Counted from the first letter of the stretch, positions 12,500-29,633 are shown. The stretch: 64,000 nucleotides of DNA from an uncultured Verrucomicrobiae bacterium (GCA_963834385.1 CAWIBO010000002.1:768001-832000), one strand, 5' to 3'. The notes: generated by a model from the sequence alone, not told the origin. Numbers and translations: made by a program.

Positions 12500-12967
12500 A
12501 TGCCCACTCTCCTCTCAGATCTTCTCGACGAGAAACATTTTCTCCTGGACCTGCGCGCCACCGCCGCGGACGAGGCCGTGCGCGAGATCGTCGCCGCCAT
12601 GGCCGCGGCCGGGAGCGTGACCGAATCCGAGAGTTTCATCCACGCCGTCCTCGCGCGCGACCGCATCAATTCCACCATCCTCGATCACGAGGTCGCCTTC
12701 CATCACGCCCGGACCAACCTGGTCGAGGAGCTCGCGCTCGGGTTCGGACGCAGCGCCGCCGGCCTCAACTACGGCGCCGGCCATCGCCAGGTCCGGCTCG
12801 TCTTCGTCGTCGCCGTGCCCCAAAAACGAATCCAGGATTACCTGGTCTGCATCGGCGCCCTCGCCCGTCTCCTGCGTCGCGAGGAAATGCGGGAGGCTCT
12901 GCTCACCGTGACCGATCCCGCGGCCATCGTGGAACGAATGCGGGAAGCCTCGCTCCAGCTCGAGTAG
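12500..12967 (+). CDS. PTS EIIA (PtsN/fructose-mannitol type) domain protein
   Basis: LARD..ST....VAFHHAR motif containing the phospho-His; YL..IGALAR. Confidence 0.82.
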   Translation: MPTLLSDLLDEKHFLLDLRATAADEAVREIVAAMAAAGSVTESESFIHAVLARDRINSTILDHEVAFHHARTNLVEELALGFGRSAAGLNYGAGHRQVRLVFVVAVPQKRIQDYLVCIGALARLLRREEMREALLTVTDPAAIVERMREASLQLE

Positions 12968-12982
12968 GCGCGCCGCGCCGCC

Positions 12983-13837
12983 CTATTTCTCTTTCATCAG
13001 GCGCGCTCGCGCCCGGTCCAGCGCCTGCCGTTCGCCCGCGCTCAGGCTTCCAATGCCCGACTTCGATATCTTCTCGAGAATCGGGTCAATTGATTCGTGC
13101 ACATCGTCTCCGGTGGCGACCGAGGGACGGGCCGGGGTTTTCGGCACCACCTTGAACTTCGGCCGGGGCCGCAACGTTTCCCGGACCCGGGTGAACCAGG
13201 CCGGCTCCAAGCCGAGCCCGCGCTGGCGGACGAAAAGCCAGGCGACGCCGATACTGCTCCAAAGCACGAGGAGAGTGGACCAATCGTGCCCGGCGAGAGC
13301 GGCCAGGGTGCCGATGCCGGCGAGGATCGCGGCAATCCAGCGGGCCTGGAGGCGCAGCAGCAGTTCGACCGAGGGATAAATGGTGGCAAAGGCGACAAAC
13401 GCGCCGAAATGAATCGCGCTGGAACCGCCCAGGCCAAAACGGGCGAAGGGCGACGCGAGCAGGAGCAGAAAAACGGGTACGAACAGGAGGAGAAGATAGA
13501 GAGTGATGAAAGCTTTCCGCCCGAGAAAACGTTCCACCTCGCGGCCAAAGACAAAGAGTATGTACATCTCCACTGCGAACCAGAGCAACGCCGTCGCGGG
13601 ATAAGGCGGATGGACGAAGGCATAGGTCAACAGCTGCCAGAAATGGCCGGCTCCGATGACCTCGGCATTGTCGAAAACAAGCGCACTGAGAAAGGCGCCG
13701 CCGCCAAAAGCGAGGACCAGCGCCGCCACCACCATGCAGGCGACATGGACCGCCACCAGCAGCGTGGTGACGTGGAGGGGATACCGGCCGACCCACGCCA
13801 CCGGCTGGTAATCCTCCGAGGTGGTGACCCCGAACAT
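12983..13837 (-). CDS. Rhomboid family intramembrane protein with C-terminal soluble domain
   Basis: WQLLTYAFVH, FGREVE and GGSS; C-terminal IDPILEKISKSGIGSL. Confidence 0.78.
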   Translation of the reverse strand: MFGVTTSEDYQPVAWVGRYPLHVTTLLVAVHVACMVVAALVLAFGGGAFLSALVFDNAEVIGAGHFWQLLTYAFVHPPYPATALLWFAVEMYILFVFGREVERFLGRKAFITLYLLLLFVPVFLLLLASPFARFGLGGSSAIHFGAFVAFATIYPSVELLLRLQARWIAAILAGIGTLAALAGHDWSTLLVLWSSIGVAWLFVRQRGLGLEPAWFTRVRETLRPRPKFKVVPKTPARPSVATGDDVHESIDPILEKISKSGIGSLSAGERQALDRARARLMKEK

Positions 13838-13971
13838 GGTCCAATAAACGGCGCGTCCCTCTGCAACGCAAGAAGCGACGCCGCGGTGGCGCGCCGGAAA
13901 AATCACTTGGCCTTCCCGTTAAAGCAGGGAGAATTGTGCTCCCTTCGGCTGCCCCTCCGGCCGCTTCGCCT

Positions 13972-15784
13972 ATGACCAACCTTGCGCCTGCCATCTCGCC
14001 GCCCGCCGGAATCGGCGACAAAAAGTTCACCTTCCAGGAAGTCCTCGACTGGGTGCACGAGGTGGAGGCCCTGACCAATCCCGACAACATTTTCTGGTGC
14101 GACGGCTCGGAGAAGGAAAACGATTACCTCCTGGGAGAGGCCTGCCTCCAGGGCACCCTGCTCCAGCTTGACCAGGAGAAAAAACCGCGGTCCTACCTGC
14201 ACCGCTCCCATCCGAACGACGTCGCCCGGGTGGAACAGTTCACTCTCATCTGCACCCCGACAAAGGAGGAAGCCGGCCCGACCAACCACTGGGCCGACCC
14301 GGGCGAGACCTACACCCGGTTGAACGAGATGCTCAAGGGCGCGATGCGGGGTCGAACCCTCTTCGTCATTCCCTACATCATGGGGCCGCCCGGGTCGCCG
14401 CTGACCAAGGTCGGGTTTGAGATCACCGATTCCATCTACGTTGTCCTGAGCATGCGGATCATGGCCCGCATGGGGCAGGTGGCGCTCGACCTGCTCGAGG
14501 CCAAACCGGAGACGGAATGGAATCGCGGAACGCATTCCCTCCTCGAGCTGGACCCGACACGCCGCCTGATTTGCCATTTCCCGCAGGACAACGCGATCAT
14601 TTCGGTCGGCTCCGGTTACGGCGGGAATGTTCTTCTTTCCAAGAAGTGCCTGGCCTTGCGCATCGGCTCCTACCTGGCGCGGAAGCAGGGCTGGCTGGCC
14701 GAGCACATGCTCATCCTCGGGGTGGAATCGCCGGAGGGGGAAAAGACATTACGTCGCCGCCGCCTTCCCCAGCGCCTGCGGCAAAACCAATTTCGCCATG
14801 ATGATTCCTCCCGCCCGATTCAAGGGCTGGAAGGTCACCACCGTGGGCGACGACATCGCCTGGATGCAGATCGGCGACGACGGCCGTCTCTATGCCGTCA
14901 ATCCCGAGAACGGCTACTTCGGCGTCGTCCCGGGCACCAGTTACAAGTCGAACCCGAACGCGATGAAAGCGATCGAGCACGACACGCTTTACACCAATGT
15001 GGCCCTGACCGACGACGGCGATGTCTGGTGGGAAGGGAAGGATGGGGAACCGCCCGCGCACGCGATCGACTGGAAAGGGAACGACTGGACACCGGCCTCG
15101 CCGGAAAAAGCCGCGCACCCGAACAGCCGGTTCGCCGTGCCGCAAAGGAACAATCCCGCCCTCGACGCCAACGTCGAGAAGGCCGGCGGCGTGCCGATCA
15201 GCGCCATCATCTTTGGCGGCCGCCGAAGCGACACCATGCCCCTTGTCTTCCAGGCACGCGATTGGGCGCACGGCGTTTACGTCGGCGCGACCATGGGTTC
15301 GGAGATGACGGCGGCGGCGGTCGGCGGGATGGGACAGGTCCGGCGTGATCCGATGGCGATGCTCCCCTTCTGCGGTTACAACATGGGCCGCTACTTTCAG
15401 CACTGGCTCGAGATGGGGCCGCGGATCAAGGCGCAGCCCCTCATCTTTCACGTGAACTGGTTCCGCAAAGGCGAGGACGGCAAATTCCTCTGGCCGGGCT
15501 TCGGCGAAAACATGCGCGTGCTGAACTGGATTATCGACCGCGTGGAAGGTCGGGGCGGCGCAGCCGAGACCGAGATTGGTTTCATTCCCCGCCCGGAGGA
15601 TTTCGATCTCGAGGGTCTCGAGATCACGCGCGAGACCATGCGCGAGCTCTTCTCGATCAAGCCAGCGGAATGGAAAAAGGAACTCGACGCGCAAGGCGAG
15701 TTCTTCCAGACGCTCGGCCAGGATCTTCCCGAGGAGCTGCTCGCCCAGCGCGCCCGGCTCGAGAAGCGGTTCGCCGGCGCCTGA
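13972..15784 (+). CDS. pckG: Phosphoenolpyruvate carboxykinase (GTP) (apparent +1 frameshift near 14747)
   Basis: Motifs DVARVE, GSGYGGN.LL.KKC.ALRI, WLAEHMLI, FPSACGKTN, VGDDIAW, NPENGYFGV, HPNSRF and RRDPMAMLPFCGYN. Confidence 0.95.
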
Positions 15785-15885
15785 GGCGTTTTGCCGCGGG
15801 GTTTTCCCCTGCTGCCCTGGCGTTTTCCTGCATGGCCGCCGGGCTGTCCGGTTGCGTTCGCCGGGCGCTTCCCGGATACTCTCCG

Positions 15886-21909
<6,024 letters not shown>

Positions 21910-21913
<4 letters not shown>

Positions 21914-22854
21914 ACACCGCCGCCTATTACGTTCACCGCTTCGACCCGCTGATCGTCGAGATCGCGGAGGGCTACGGCCCGCGCTGGTATGGCATGGCCT
22001 ACGTCCTGGCTTTTGTCTCCGGCTATTTCGTCATGCGCTGGCTGGCGCGCAAGCGTTACGCCGAGCTGAGCGTTTCCCAGGTGGGCGATTTCATCACCTG
22101 GGCCGCGCTCTTCGGCGTCATGCTCGGCGGCCGGCTCGGTTACGTCCTCTTTTACCGCCCCGAGATGCTGCAGGAACCGCTTTCCATCCTGCGGGTCTGG
22201 GAGGGAGGCATGTCGAGCCATGGCGGCATGATTGGTATCGTCCTCTTCACCCTCTTTTACGCCCGGCGTTACCGGCTTTCCTGGACCAACCTCGGCGACA
22301 ATCTGGTCGTGGCCGCGCCGATCGGGCTTTTCTTCGGCCGCCTGGCGAATTTCATCAACGGCGAGCTTTATGGTCGCGCCAGCACCTGGCCCTGGGCGGT
22401 CCAGTTCCCGAAGGAAATGCTCGAGCCCGTCAACGTGGAGGTCGCCCGGCGCGCCGTCGCCGCTGCCCGGGAGATCGACCCGGCTCTGACCAGCCCGGCC
22501 GCCATCATCGATGTTCTGCCCGGCCGACCCGAGCTGGTGGAGGCGCTCCGTCCGATCCTGACGCCGCGGCATCCGTCACAGCTTTACGAGGCGTTGCTCG
22601 AGGGCCTGGTTCTCTTTCTTCTTCTCTGGTTCATGCGCACGCGCACCCGTGTCCCGAACGGCGTCCTTACCGGCGTCTTCTTTGTCGTCTACGCCCTCTT
22701 CCGCATCCTCGTCGAGTATCTCCGGGAACCGGACGCCGAGATGATCGGCGCCTTTACCCGCGGACAATTCTTCTCCTTTTTCCTCATCCTGATCGGCCTC
22801 GCCTTCATCAACTACGGGTTTCGCCATCCCTGGCGCGCGCCGCGTTTCCAATAG
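21910..22854 (+). CDS. lgt: Prolipoprotein diacylglyceryl transferase
   Basis: Motifs [46 protein letters not shown] and [11 protein letters not shown]. Confidence 0.96.
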
Positions 22855-22856
22855 CA

Positions 22857-23588
22857 ATGCGCCGGTCCGCGGCGGCGGTTTGCGCCTTTCTTCTCGTCTG
22901 CATGACTTCTGCCGAAGCCCGCCCGTTCGCCGTCGATCACTCCAGCGAAACCTTCTCGAGCGGAGATCGCCGTGTCCGTCTCGATCGTTTTACCCCGGTC
23001 GGACGGGACCGCCCACCGGTCGTGATTCTTCTCCACGGCGCCGGCGGCTGGTTCCTCGATGGGCCGGCCATTCGCCGCCTCGCGCGAACCCTCGCGGAAA
23101 ACGGCCTGACCGCGGTTGCCCTCCATTATTTTGATCGCACCGGCACCCTCTTTGCCCGGGGCGCGAGCATTGAGGAAAACTTCGGGGCCTGGCAGGCCAC
23201 CCTGGCCGACGCCATCACTCACGTCGCCGCCCAGCCCGGAATGGAAGGTCGGAAGATTGGCTGCTTCGGCTATTCCCTCGGCGCCTATCTTGCGCTGGCG
23301 CAGGGAGCGGAGGATCCCCGGCTCCACGCCGTGGCGGAGCTGGCCGGCGGCATCCGGTCGGCACGGCTTTCCCCGATCACGCGGCTGCCGCCCCTGCTCA
23401 TTCTTCACGGCGAACAGGACGAACGGATTCCCGTGGCCCGCGCCCGCGAACTGGAAACGCTTGCCACCCGGCTGGATCTTCCTTTCGCGATCACGATTTA
23501 TCCCGGGGAAGGACACGTCCTCAGCCGGGCGGCGCAGGAGGATGCCGGCCGGCGCGCGGTCGCTTTTTTCCGGAAGCACCTGGAATGA
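22857..23588 (+). CDS. Dienelactone hydrolase-like alpha/beta hydrolase, probably exported
   Basis: LHGAGG, nucleophile elbow GYSLG, HGEQD and YPGEGH; signal-peptide-like N-terminus. Confidence 0.82.
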   Translation: MRRSAAAVCAFLLVCMTSAEARPFAVDHSSETFSSGDRRVRLDRFTPVGRDRPPVVILLHGAGGWFLDGPAIRRLARTLAENGLTAVALHYFDRTGTLFARGASIEENFGAWQATLADAITHVAAQPGMEGRKIGCFGYSLGAYLALAQGAEDPRLHAVAELAGGIRSARLSPITRLPPLLILHGEQDERIPVARARELETLATRLDLPFAITIYPGEGHVLSRAAQEDAGRRAVAFFRKHLE

Positions 23589-23687
23589 TCAGGGCCACCG
23601 CGCGCGGAGGGCGTTTGCCTGGCGATCAGACGCCCAGGCCACTCGGTTCTTTGATTTTCCCTGACCGCTCCTTTACAACCGTAATCA

Positions 23688-24437
23688 ATGCTCACGCTCT
23701 TCGCCGCCGGCGGTCTGACCTTTGCCTTCGAGCATTCCACCATCGCCGGGAAACTGATCCTGCTCGCGCTTTGCCTCGGCTCGATTTTTTCCTGGTCGGT
23801 CATGATCACGAAAATGCGCGTGGTCCAGTTTGCCCGGAAACAAACCGCGCGTTTCCGGGCGGAGTTCAAAAAGGACCGCCAGCCCCTGCGCCTTTTCGAG
23901 CAGAACGCCCGGTTCCCCGGCGCCCCGCTCTATAATGTCTACCGGGCCGGCTGCGAGGAGATGTCCTTTCACCTGCTTGGTTCGCCCGAGGTGGATGAGA
24001 CTTTTCGGGCCCGCCTTGGCGAGGCCGAGCGCATCACCCCGGCGCAGATGAGCGCGGTCAGCGCCGCCATGGAACGCGCCGTCGGCGAGACCGCCCTCCA
24101 GCTCGAGTCGCAGATGATCCTGCTCGCCTCGGCCGTGAGCGGCGCGCCTTTTCTCGGGTTGCTCGGCACGGTCTGGGGCGTCATGGACACCTTCACCGAC
24201 GTGGCCGTGGCCGGTTCGCCGAATCTTACCGCCATGGCGCCCGGCGTCTCGGGTGCGCTGATCACCACCGTGACCGCCCTGCTCGTCGCCATTCCCGCCA
24301 TGTTCGGTTACAACTATCTCGTTACCAGCATCCGCGGCATGATCGTCGAGATGGATAACTTCGCGGCCGAGCTGGCCTCCGAGTTTCAGCACAAATACGT
24401 GGATCACACCGCGCCGGTCCACTTCGAGGGCCGTTGA
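23688..24437 (+). CDS. MotA/TolQ/ExbB proton channel family protein
   Basis: APFLGLLGTVWGVM and APGVSGALITT..L.VAIPA. Confidence 0.92.
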   Translation: MLTLFAAGGLTFAFEHSTIAGKLILLALCLGSIFSWSVMITKMRVVQFARKQTARFRAEFKKDRQPLRLFEQNARFPGAPLYNVYRAGCEEMSFHLLGSPEVDETFRARLGEAERITPAQMSAVSAAMERAVGETALQLESQMILLASAVSGAPFLGLLGTVWGVMDTFTDVAVAGSPNLTAMAPGVSGALITTVTALLVAIPAMFGYNYLVTSIRGMIVEMDNFAAELASEFQHKYVDHTAPVHFEGR

Positions 24438-24862
24438 CCATGCGCCGTTACGCCCAGCGATCCGGACTGACCACGCTCTCGGAGATCAACATCACGCCGT
24501 TGCTCGATCTCGCTTTCGTTCTCCTCATCATCTTCATCATCACCACGCCGCTCTTTGAAAGCAGCGCCAACCTCCAGATCCCCCGCAGCGCCGCCCCGGG
24601 CGCGCCGCTTGATCCCGCCGGGGTCCAGATCGTCTCTCTCGACCGCGATGGCGTTCTCCGATTGCAGGAGGAGGCGGTTACCACCGACATCCTCGTCGCG
24701 CGCCTCGCCGCTATCCGCCAGTCCAACCCGGAGGTGGCCGTGGTCATCCGGCCTGATCGCGCGCTTCCCGTGCAAAAACTGGTCAACGTCATGGATGCCG
24801 TCGCCCAAGCCGGGGTCGCCAAGGTGGGGATCGCCACCACCACGGCCGAAACCGCCCCGTGA
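24434..24862 (+). CDS. ExbD/TolR family protein (start may be ATG at 24440)
   Basis: EINITPLLDLAFVLLIIFIIT motif. Confidence 0.92.
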   Translation: MTMRRYAQRSGLTTLSEINITPLLDLAFVLLIIFIITTPLFESSANLQIPRSAAPGAPLDPAGVQIVSLDRDGVLRLQEEAVTTDILVARLAAIRQSNPEVAVVIRPDRALPVQKLVNVMDAVAQAGVAKVGIATTTAETAP

Positions 24863-25746
24863 ATCGGCGTCGCCTTGTTTTCTGGCGCAACGTCACCCTC
24901 GTCGCTGCGGCGCATGCCGCCGTCTTCATCGGGCTAGCCCGCTGGGGCGACCAGCCTCGCCGCGCGGTTCCGCAGGAAGTGACCTGGCTGCAGGGGGCCG
25001 CTTCCCTCGCCGCCGTCGCTCCGGCCGCCGCCTCCGCCCCCGCACCCACACCCGAGGCCACCCCTTCGCCCTCGGCCACGCCCAGCCTTGATCAGATCGA
25101 ACTCCCCGCGCCCACCCCGGAGCCAACGCCCACGCCCGCCACCCCGGCGCCCACCGCCACACCGCGGCCCACGCCCAAGCCCACTTCCACGCCGGCCCCG
25201 ACGCGCACGCCGAAACCAAAAACAAAGGCCACGCCCAAGCCAACGCCGGTGAAGAAAAAGAGCGCGACCCCAAAGCCCAAATCCACCCCGAAACCTTCGC
25301 CAACTCCCGCAAAGAAAGCCTCACCCCGGCCGACAGCCACGCCTTCGCCCGAGGCCGAAGCCACCAAAGAGGCGGAGGCGCCCGCCGCGCCCGCTCCTTC
25401 CGCCGCCGGCACGGGCCGCGGCACCACCGGGCAGGGTTCGGGCGGCGCGGGAGCAAAGTCGGCCCTCGCGCTTTATCGCGGCATGTTGCACGACCGTTTC
25501 TTCAGTGCCTGGTCGCAGCCGACCACCTCGATTCCCGCGGGCGCCCGCCTTTCCACCCTGGTCCGCCTGCGCATTGAAAAAGACGGCCGCGTTTCCGCTT
25601 TCCGCATTGCCCGTTCCTCCGGCAACGTCGTGGTCGACGAATCGGTCTCAGCCGTGGCTGCGCGGGTGCCACGGGTCGATCCGCTGCCGCCGGGCCTTGC
25701 GGCGCCCTACGAGGTGAACATCAACTTCGAGCTCAACCCGGACTAG
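24859..25746 (+). CDS. TonB/TolA family energy transducer
   Basis: N-terminal TM with His; Pro/Thr/Lys-rich linker; C-terminal domain with IEKDG.V..RSSGN.VVD. Confidence 0.85.
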   Translation: MNRRRLVFWRNVTLVAAAHAAVFIGLARWGDQPRRAVPQEVTWLQGAASLAAVAPAAASAPAPTPEATPSPSATPSLDQIELPAPTPEPTPTPATPAPTATPRPTPKPTSTPAPTRTPKPKTKATPKPTPVKKKSATPKPKSTPKPSPTPAKKASPRPTATPSPEAEATKEAEAPAAPAPSAAGTGRGTTGQGSGGAGAKSALALYRGMLHDRFFSAWSQPTTSIPAGARLSTLVRLRIEKDGRVSAFRIARSSGNVVVDESVSAVAARVPRVDPLPPGLAAPYEVNINFELNPD

Positions 25747-25753
25747 CCTTGTT

Positions 25754-26779
25754 CTAAAGTAACGCGAGCGACCGTCCTTCCCGGTGCTGGACCTGGTCCA
25801 TGGTGCACTGGGCCGGCGCTTTCTCCCGCCGCCAGCGCAGGATGCGCGTTCCGTGGCGAAACCGATCCCCCGTGAAATGGTCGTAGGCGATCTCCACCAC
25901 CTCGGTCGGCCGGACCGCTTCCCATTCACCGGAGCGCGCCGTGCTCCAGCGACTTGGACCGCCCGGGGCATTACCCGTGAAGGCGGACTTCCCGCGCAGA
26001 GCTTCGAATTTTTTCGTCAACTCCCGCCGTTCGCTGGCTTTGAAGGCGGAAGAAAAGCCGACGTGATGCAGCAGGCCCTCGTCGTCGTAGAGGCCAAGGA
26101 GAAGCGACCCGATGACCCGCGCACCGGTGGCATACCGAAACCCGCCGATCACACAGTCGGCGCTCCGGATCTGCTTGATCTTGACCATGGCGGTGCGTTC
26201 GCCCGAGGCATAGGCCGCCTCCCGGTTCTTGGCCATGAGGCCATCAAGGTTCCCGCCCACTTTCGCGAACCACTTCTGCGCGCGACGCGGGTCGGTCGTG
26301 GCCGGCGAAAGTCGCACCGGCCCCTTTTTTCCAAATCCGCCGGCAAATTTTTCCAGCGCCACCCGGCGTTTTCGCAGCGGCTCGCCCACGAGTGATTTCC
26401 CGGTCGCGCTGACCAGCAGGTCAAAGGCGATGAAGAGGGCCGGGTGCGCCTCCGCCAGTTTCCTGACCCGACTGGCCGCGGGATGCAGCCGCAGTTGCAG
26501 TTCGTCGAAGGAAAAGGCGGAACCGATCGGAATGACCAGTTCGCCGTCGAGGACGAATCGTTTGGCCGGCAATTCCAGCAGGGCTGCGGCCGCGTCCGGG
26601 AAGTAACGCGCCAGCGGCTGGCCGGCCTTCGACTGCAGGAAAATGTCGTTACCATCGCGAAAGACGAGACAGCGAAAACCGTCCCACTTCGGCTCGTATT
26701 GCCACTGGTCGCCGGCCGGGATTTCCTCGACGGAGCGCGCCTCCATCGGGGGATACGGCGGTTTAAGCGGGAGACTCAC
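25754..26779 (-). CDS. ATP-dependent DNA ligase (minimal, LigC-like)
   Basis: Motif I YEPKWDGFR, VLDGELV, AFDLL, DGLMAK and KIK..RSADCVIGG; C-terminal RFRHG. Confidence 0.92.
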   Translation of the reverse strand: MSLPLKPPYPPMEARSVEEIPAGDQWQYEPKWDGFRCLVFRDGNDIFLQSKAGQPLARYFPDAAAALLELPAKRFVLDGELVIPIGSAFSFDELQLRLHPAASRVRKLAEAHPALFIAFDLLVSATGKSLVGEPLRKRRVALEKFAGGFGKKGPVRLSPATTDPRRAQKWFAKVGGNLDGLMAKNREAAYASGERTAMVKIKQIRSADCVIGGFRYATGARVIGSLLLGLYDDEGLLHHVGFSSAFKASERRELTKKFEALRGKSAFTGNAPGGPSRWSTARSGEWEAVRPTEVVEIAYDHFTGDRFRHGTRILRWRREKAPAQCTMDQVQHREGRSLALL

Positions 26780-27393
26780 TTGGGGTAGCGGCGCGGCGTC
26801 AGTTTCGGCGGCCGTCTTCCCTTTCGCACCGCCCCGGCCACGCAGATGTATGCCAGCTCGGTCCGGTCGACCGCGCAGCGCAGCAGGAGACCGCCACGGC
26901 TCATGTCCCCGCGCCCGACGAACTCGGCCGGAAATTTCAAGCGTTCGCCAAAGGTCTCGAGCAGGAGATCGACATACTTTCCCGTGGCAATGCTCCCGAG
27001 CAGGACAATCTCGGTCCCGGCCGCGGTTTCCGCCGCCAGTTTTCGCAGGTCCCGCTGCAAGGGACGCCGATAACGCGGGTCATCCGCCGCGATGTCGACC
27101 TGCCCGAAACTCCTGAGGTCAGCCAGCGTGATCATTGTGTGCGCCGGGAGCAGACCGCGATTCGGCGTGATCACCAACACCTGGCCCGCCGGCCCGGCAA
27201 AGGCCTCGGCGTAGGCCATCTTCCCGCGAAAATAAAGGCCGCTCAGGAAGGTAAACGCTTCCGCCAGGGTCACCCCCTCCGCGCTGCGCAGGCGCGCTGC
27301 CAATGGAAATTTTGCCTCCGGCCGGAGCATCAGCCGGGCGCGCTCCCCGCCGGCATACGCGGGCGAAAGCAAAAAAATCCGTGATTCCGGCAT
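26776..27393 (-). CDS. Hypothetical protein translationally coupled to the ligase
   Basis: 4-nt GTGA overlap; globular composition with SGLYFRGK, LLGSIATGKY and GRGDMSRGGLLLR. Confidence 0.75.
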   Translation of the reverse strand: MPESRIFLLSPAYAGGERARLMLRPEAKFPLAARLRSAEGVTLAEAFTFLSGLYFRGKMAYAEAFAGPAGQVLVITPNRGLLPAHTMITLADLRSFGQVDIAADDPRYRRPLQRDLRKLAAETAAGTEIVLLGSIATGKYVDLLLETFGERLKFPAEFVGRGDMSRGGLLLRCAVDRTELAYICVAGAVRKGRRPPKLTPRRYPK

Positions 27394-27497
27394 GGCGATG
27401 CACCTTAGCGCGACGGTCGCGGCGCGGAAACCCGCACCTGTTGCAGTCTCGCCCTCCGCACGGAACCTTGGCCGATGCCAGCCGGAGAACGTTTTTC

Positions 27498-28769
27498 GTG
27501 AACATCCTGGTCGTGGGCGGCGGCGGCCGCGAGCACGCGCTCGTCTGGAAGCTCGCGCAATCTCCCGCCGTGAAGAAAATCTTCTGCGCTCCGGGCAATG
27601 CCGGCACGGCGGCTCTGGCGGAGAACGTGAACATTCCGGCAGCCGACCTCGCCGGGCTGCGCCAGTTTGCCCGCGAACGCCGGATCGATCTTGCCGTGGT
27701 CGGCCCGGACGACCCGCTGGCCGCCGGGATCGTGGATGAATTCGAGGCCGAAGGCCTGCGCGTCTTCGGCCCCAGCCGAAGCGCCGCCCGGCTCGAGGCC
27801 TCGAAGATATTCGCCAAGGAGCTGATGCAGGCGCGCGGCGTTCCCACCGCCCGGGCGGAAACGTTTTCCGACGCGGACGCGGCCCGGCAATTCTGCGCGG
27901 GCGCCTCTTATCCGCTGGTCCTGAAAGCGGACGGACTCGCGTTGGGCAAGGGCGTTATCATCGCGGACAACCGGGCAACGGCGGAGGAGACCGTCTCGGC
28001 CGCGATGGAAAAGGACCAGTTCGGGGAAGCCGGGCGCCGCCTTGTCCTCGAGGAATTTTTGCGCGGATGGGAATGTTCCCTGCACGCGCTCGTCTGCGGC
28101 GAAGAATTTCTCATGCTGGCGGCGGCGCGCGACCATAAGCGGGCCCACGACGGCAACACCGGCCCCAACACCGGCGGCATGGGGGCGGTCAGCCCGGCCG
28201 AAGCGTGGGACGCCGGTTTGCAGGAACGTTTCGAAACGGAGATCATGCGGCCGCTGCTGCGCGGTTTGCAGGAGCGCGGGATCGTCTTTCGCGGTCTGCT
28301 TTTCCCCGGGCTGATGGTAACGGCCGACGGTCCGCACGTCCTCGAGTTCAACTGCCGGTTCGGCGATCCGGAAACCCAGGTGATCCTCCCACGCCTGCAA
28401 TCGGATCTTCTGCCGCTGCTTGAGGCGACCCTCGACGGCAAACTGGCCGCGCAACGTCCGGCCTGGGATGCGCGCGCCGCCGTTACCGTGGTCATGGCCT
28501 CCGGCGGTTATCCCGGCAAATACGAAACGGGCAAGACCATCACCGGTCTCGACCAGGCCGCGGCGCTGCCTGATGTGCTCGTTTTTCATGCCGGGACCAG
28601 GCACGAGGGCGATAAAATCGTCACGGCCGGTGGACGCGTGCTCGCGGTGACCGCGCTGGGCAAGACCGCCGCCGAGGCGCGCGCGCAGGCCTACGCCGCG
28701 GTCGCCGAGATTCGCTTCGAAGGCGCGTTTTATCGGCGCGACATCGGCGCTTTTTCTTCCACGCCGTAA
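27498..28769 (+). CDS. purD: Phosphoribosylamine-glycine ligase
   Basis: Motifs GGGGREHAL, APGNAG, KADGLALGKGV, DHKR..GPNTGGMG and EFNCRFGDPETQ. Confidence 0.96.
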   Translation: MNILVVGGGGREHALVWKLAQSPAVKKIFCAPGNAGTAALAENVNIPAADLAGLRQFARERRIDLAVVGPDDPLAAGIVDEFEAEGLRVFGPSRSAARLEASKIFAKELMQARGVPTARAETFSDADAARQFCAGASYPLVLKADGLALGKGVIIADNRATAEETVSAAMEKDQFGEAGRRLVLEEFLRGWECSLHALVCGEEFLMLAAARDHKRAHDGNTGPNTGGMGAVSPAEAWDAGLQERFETEIMRPLLRGLQERGIVFRGLLFPGLMVTADGPHVLEFNCRFGDPETQVILPRLQSDLLPLLEATLDGKLAAQRPAWDARAAVTVVMASGGYPGKYETGKTITGLDQAAALPDVLVFHAGTRHEGDKIVTAGGRVLAVTALGKTAAEARAQAYAAVAEIRFEGAFYRRDIGAFSSTP

Positions 28770-28834
28770 ATATCACCTGGCCGCCCACGCAACGCGCGAG
28801 CCTTGTCGTCTGGCCATCCCCGCCCGTTTCGGCT

Positions 28835-29563
28835 ATGATTTCCTTTGCCGTGAATCCGCTGGAAGAACGAATCGGACACAAGTTTCGCAACCCGCTGTTG
28901 CTGGCCGAAGCGCTCACGCACGCCAGCCTTGGTCACGAGACCGAGCGTCGCCATTTCGACAATCAGCGCCTAGAGTTTCTCGGCGACGCCGTCCTGCAGC
29001 TCGCCATCACCGAATATCTCTACGGTCATTTCCAGGGCGCGCCCGAGGGGCACCTGACCAAGCTGCGCTCGCGCCTGGTCTCGCGTGACAGTTTGAAGCG
29101 GCACGCGGCGCAGCTCGACCTGGGCAACTGCCTCATGCTGGGGCGGGGCGAGGAGGTGAGCGGCGGCCGTCACCGCGCCTCCACCCTGGCCGACAGCTAC
29201 GAGGCGCTGATCGGCGCCCTTTATCTCGACAGTGATTTCGCCACGGCCCGCCGTTTCATCCTCGAGCAGATGGCCGGCGATCTGGCGCGCCTGAAGGAGG
29301 AACCGGTCGACATCAACCCGAAAGGCGAACTGCAGGAATTGCTCCAGGCCATTTCCCCGACCAGTCCCATTTACGAGGTCATCTCCCAAAGCGGACCCGA
29401 GCACGAGAAGACCTTTTCCGTCCGGGTGCTCTGGGAAGGCGAGAAGCTGGGCGAAGGCACCGGTCGCAGCAAGAAACAGGCGGAAACGGCTGCGGCCCGG
29501 CAGGCCCTCGAACAAAAGGTCTGGGAAGGAATGACCTTGGTGACGGAGAAATCCGGCGTTTGA
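28835..29563 (+). CDS. rnc: Ribonuclease III
   Basis: ALTHAS, NQRLEFLGDAVL and EALIGALYLD; dsRBD with SKKQAE. Confidence 0.96.
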   Translation: MISFAVNPLEERIGHKFRNPLLLAEALTHASLGHETERRHFDNQRLEFLGDAVLQLAITEYLYGHFQGAPEGHLTKLRSRLVSRDSLKRHAAQLDLGNCLMLGRGEEVSGGRHRASTLADSYEALIGALYLDSDFATARRFILEQMAGDLARLKEEPVDINPKGELQELLQAISPTSPIYEVISQSGPEHEKTFSVRVLWEGEKLGEGTGRSKKQAETAAARQALEQKVWEGMTLVTEKSGV

Positions 29564-29633
29564 AAGAGCGCGTTGTCCTCAGAACCGCGTCGTTGCCTTT
29601 CGGTCAAGAGCCGTGCGCTTCCCGATGTTTATA

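Noticed and set aside
25040..25400. Pro/Thr/Lys low-complexity repeats
   Set aside because: This is the ordinary periplasm-spanning linker of TonB/TolA.
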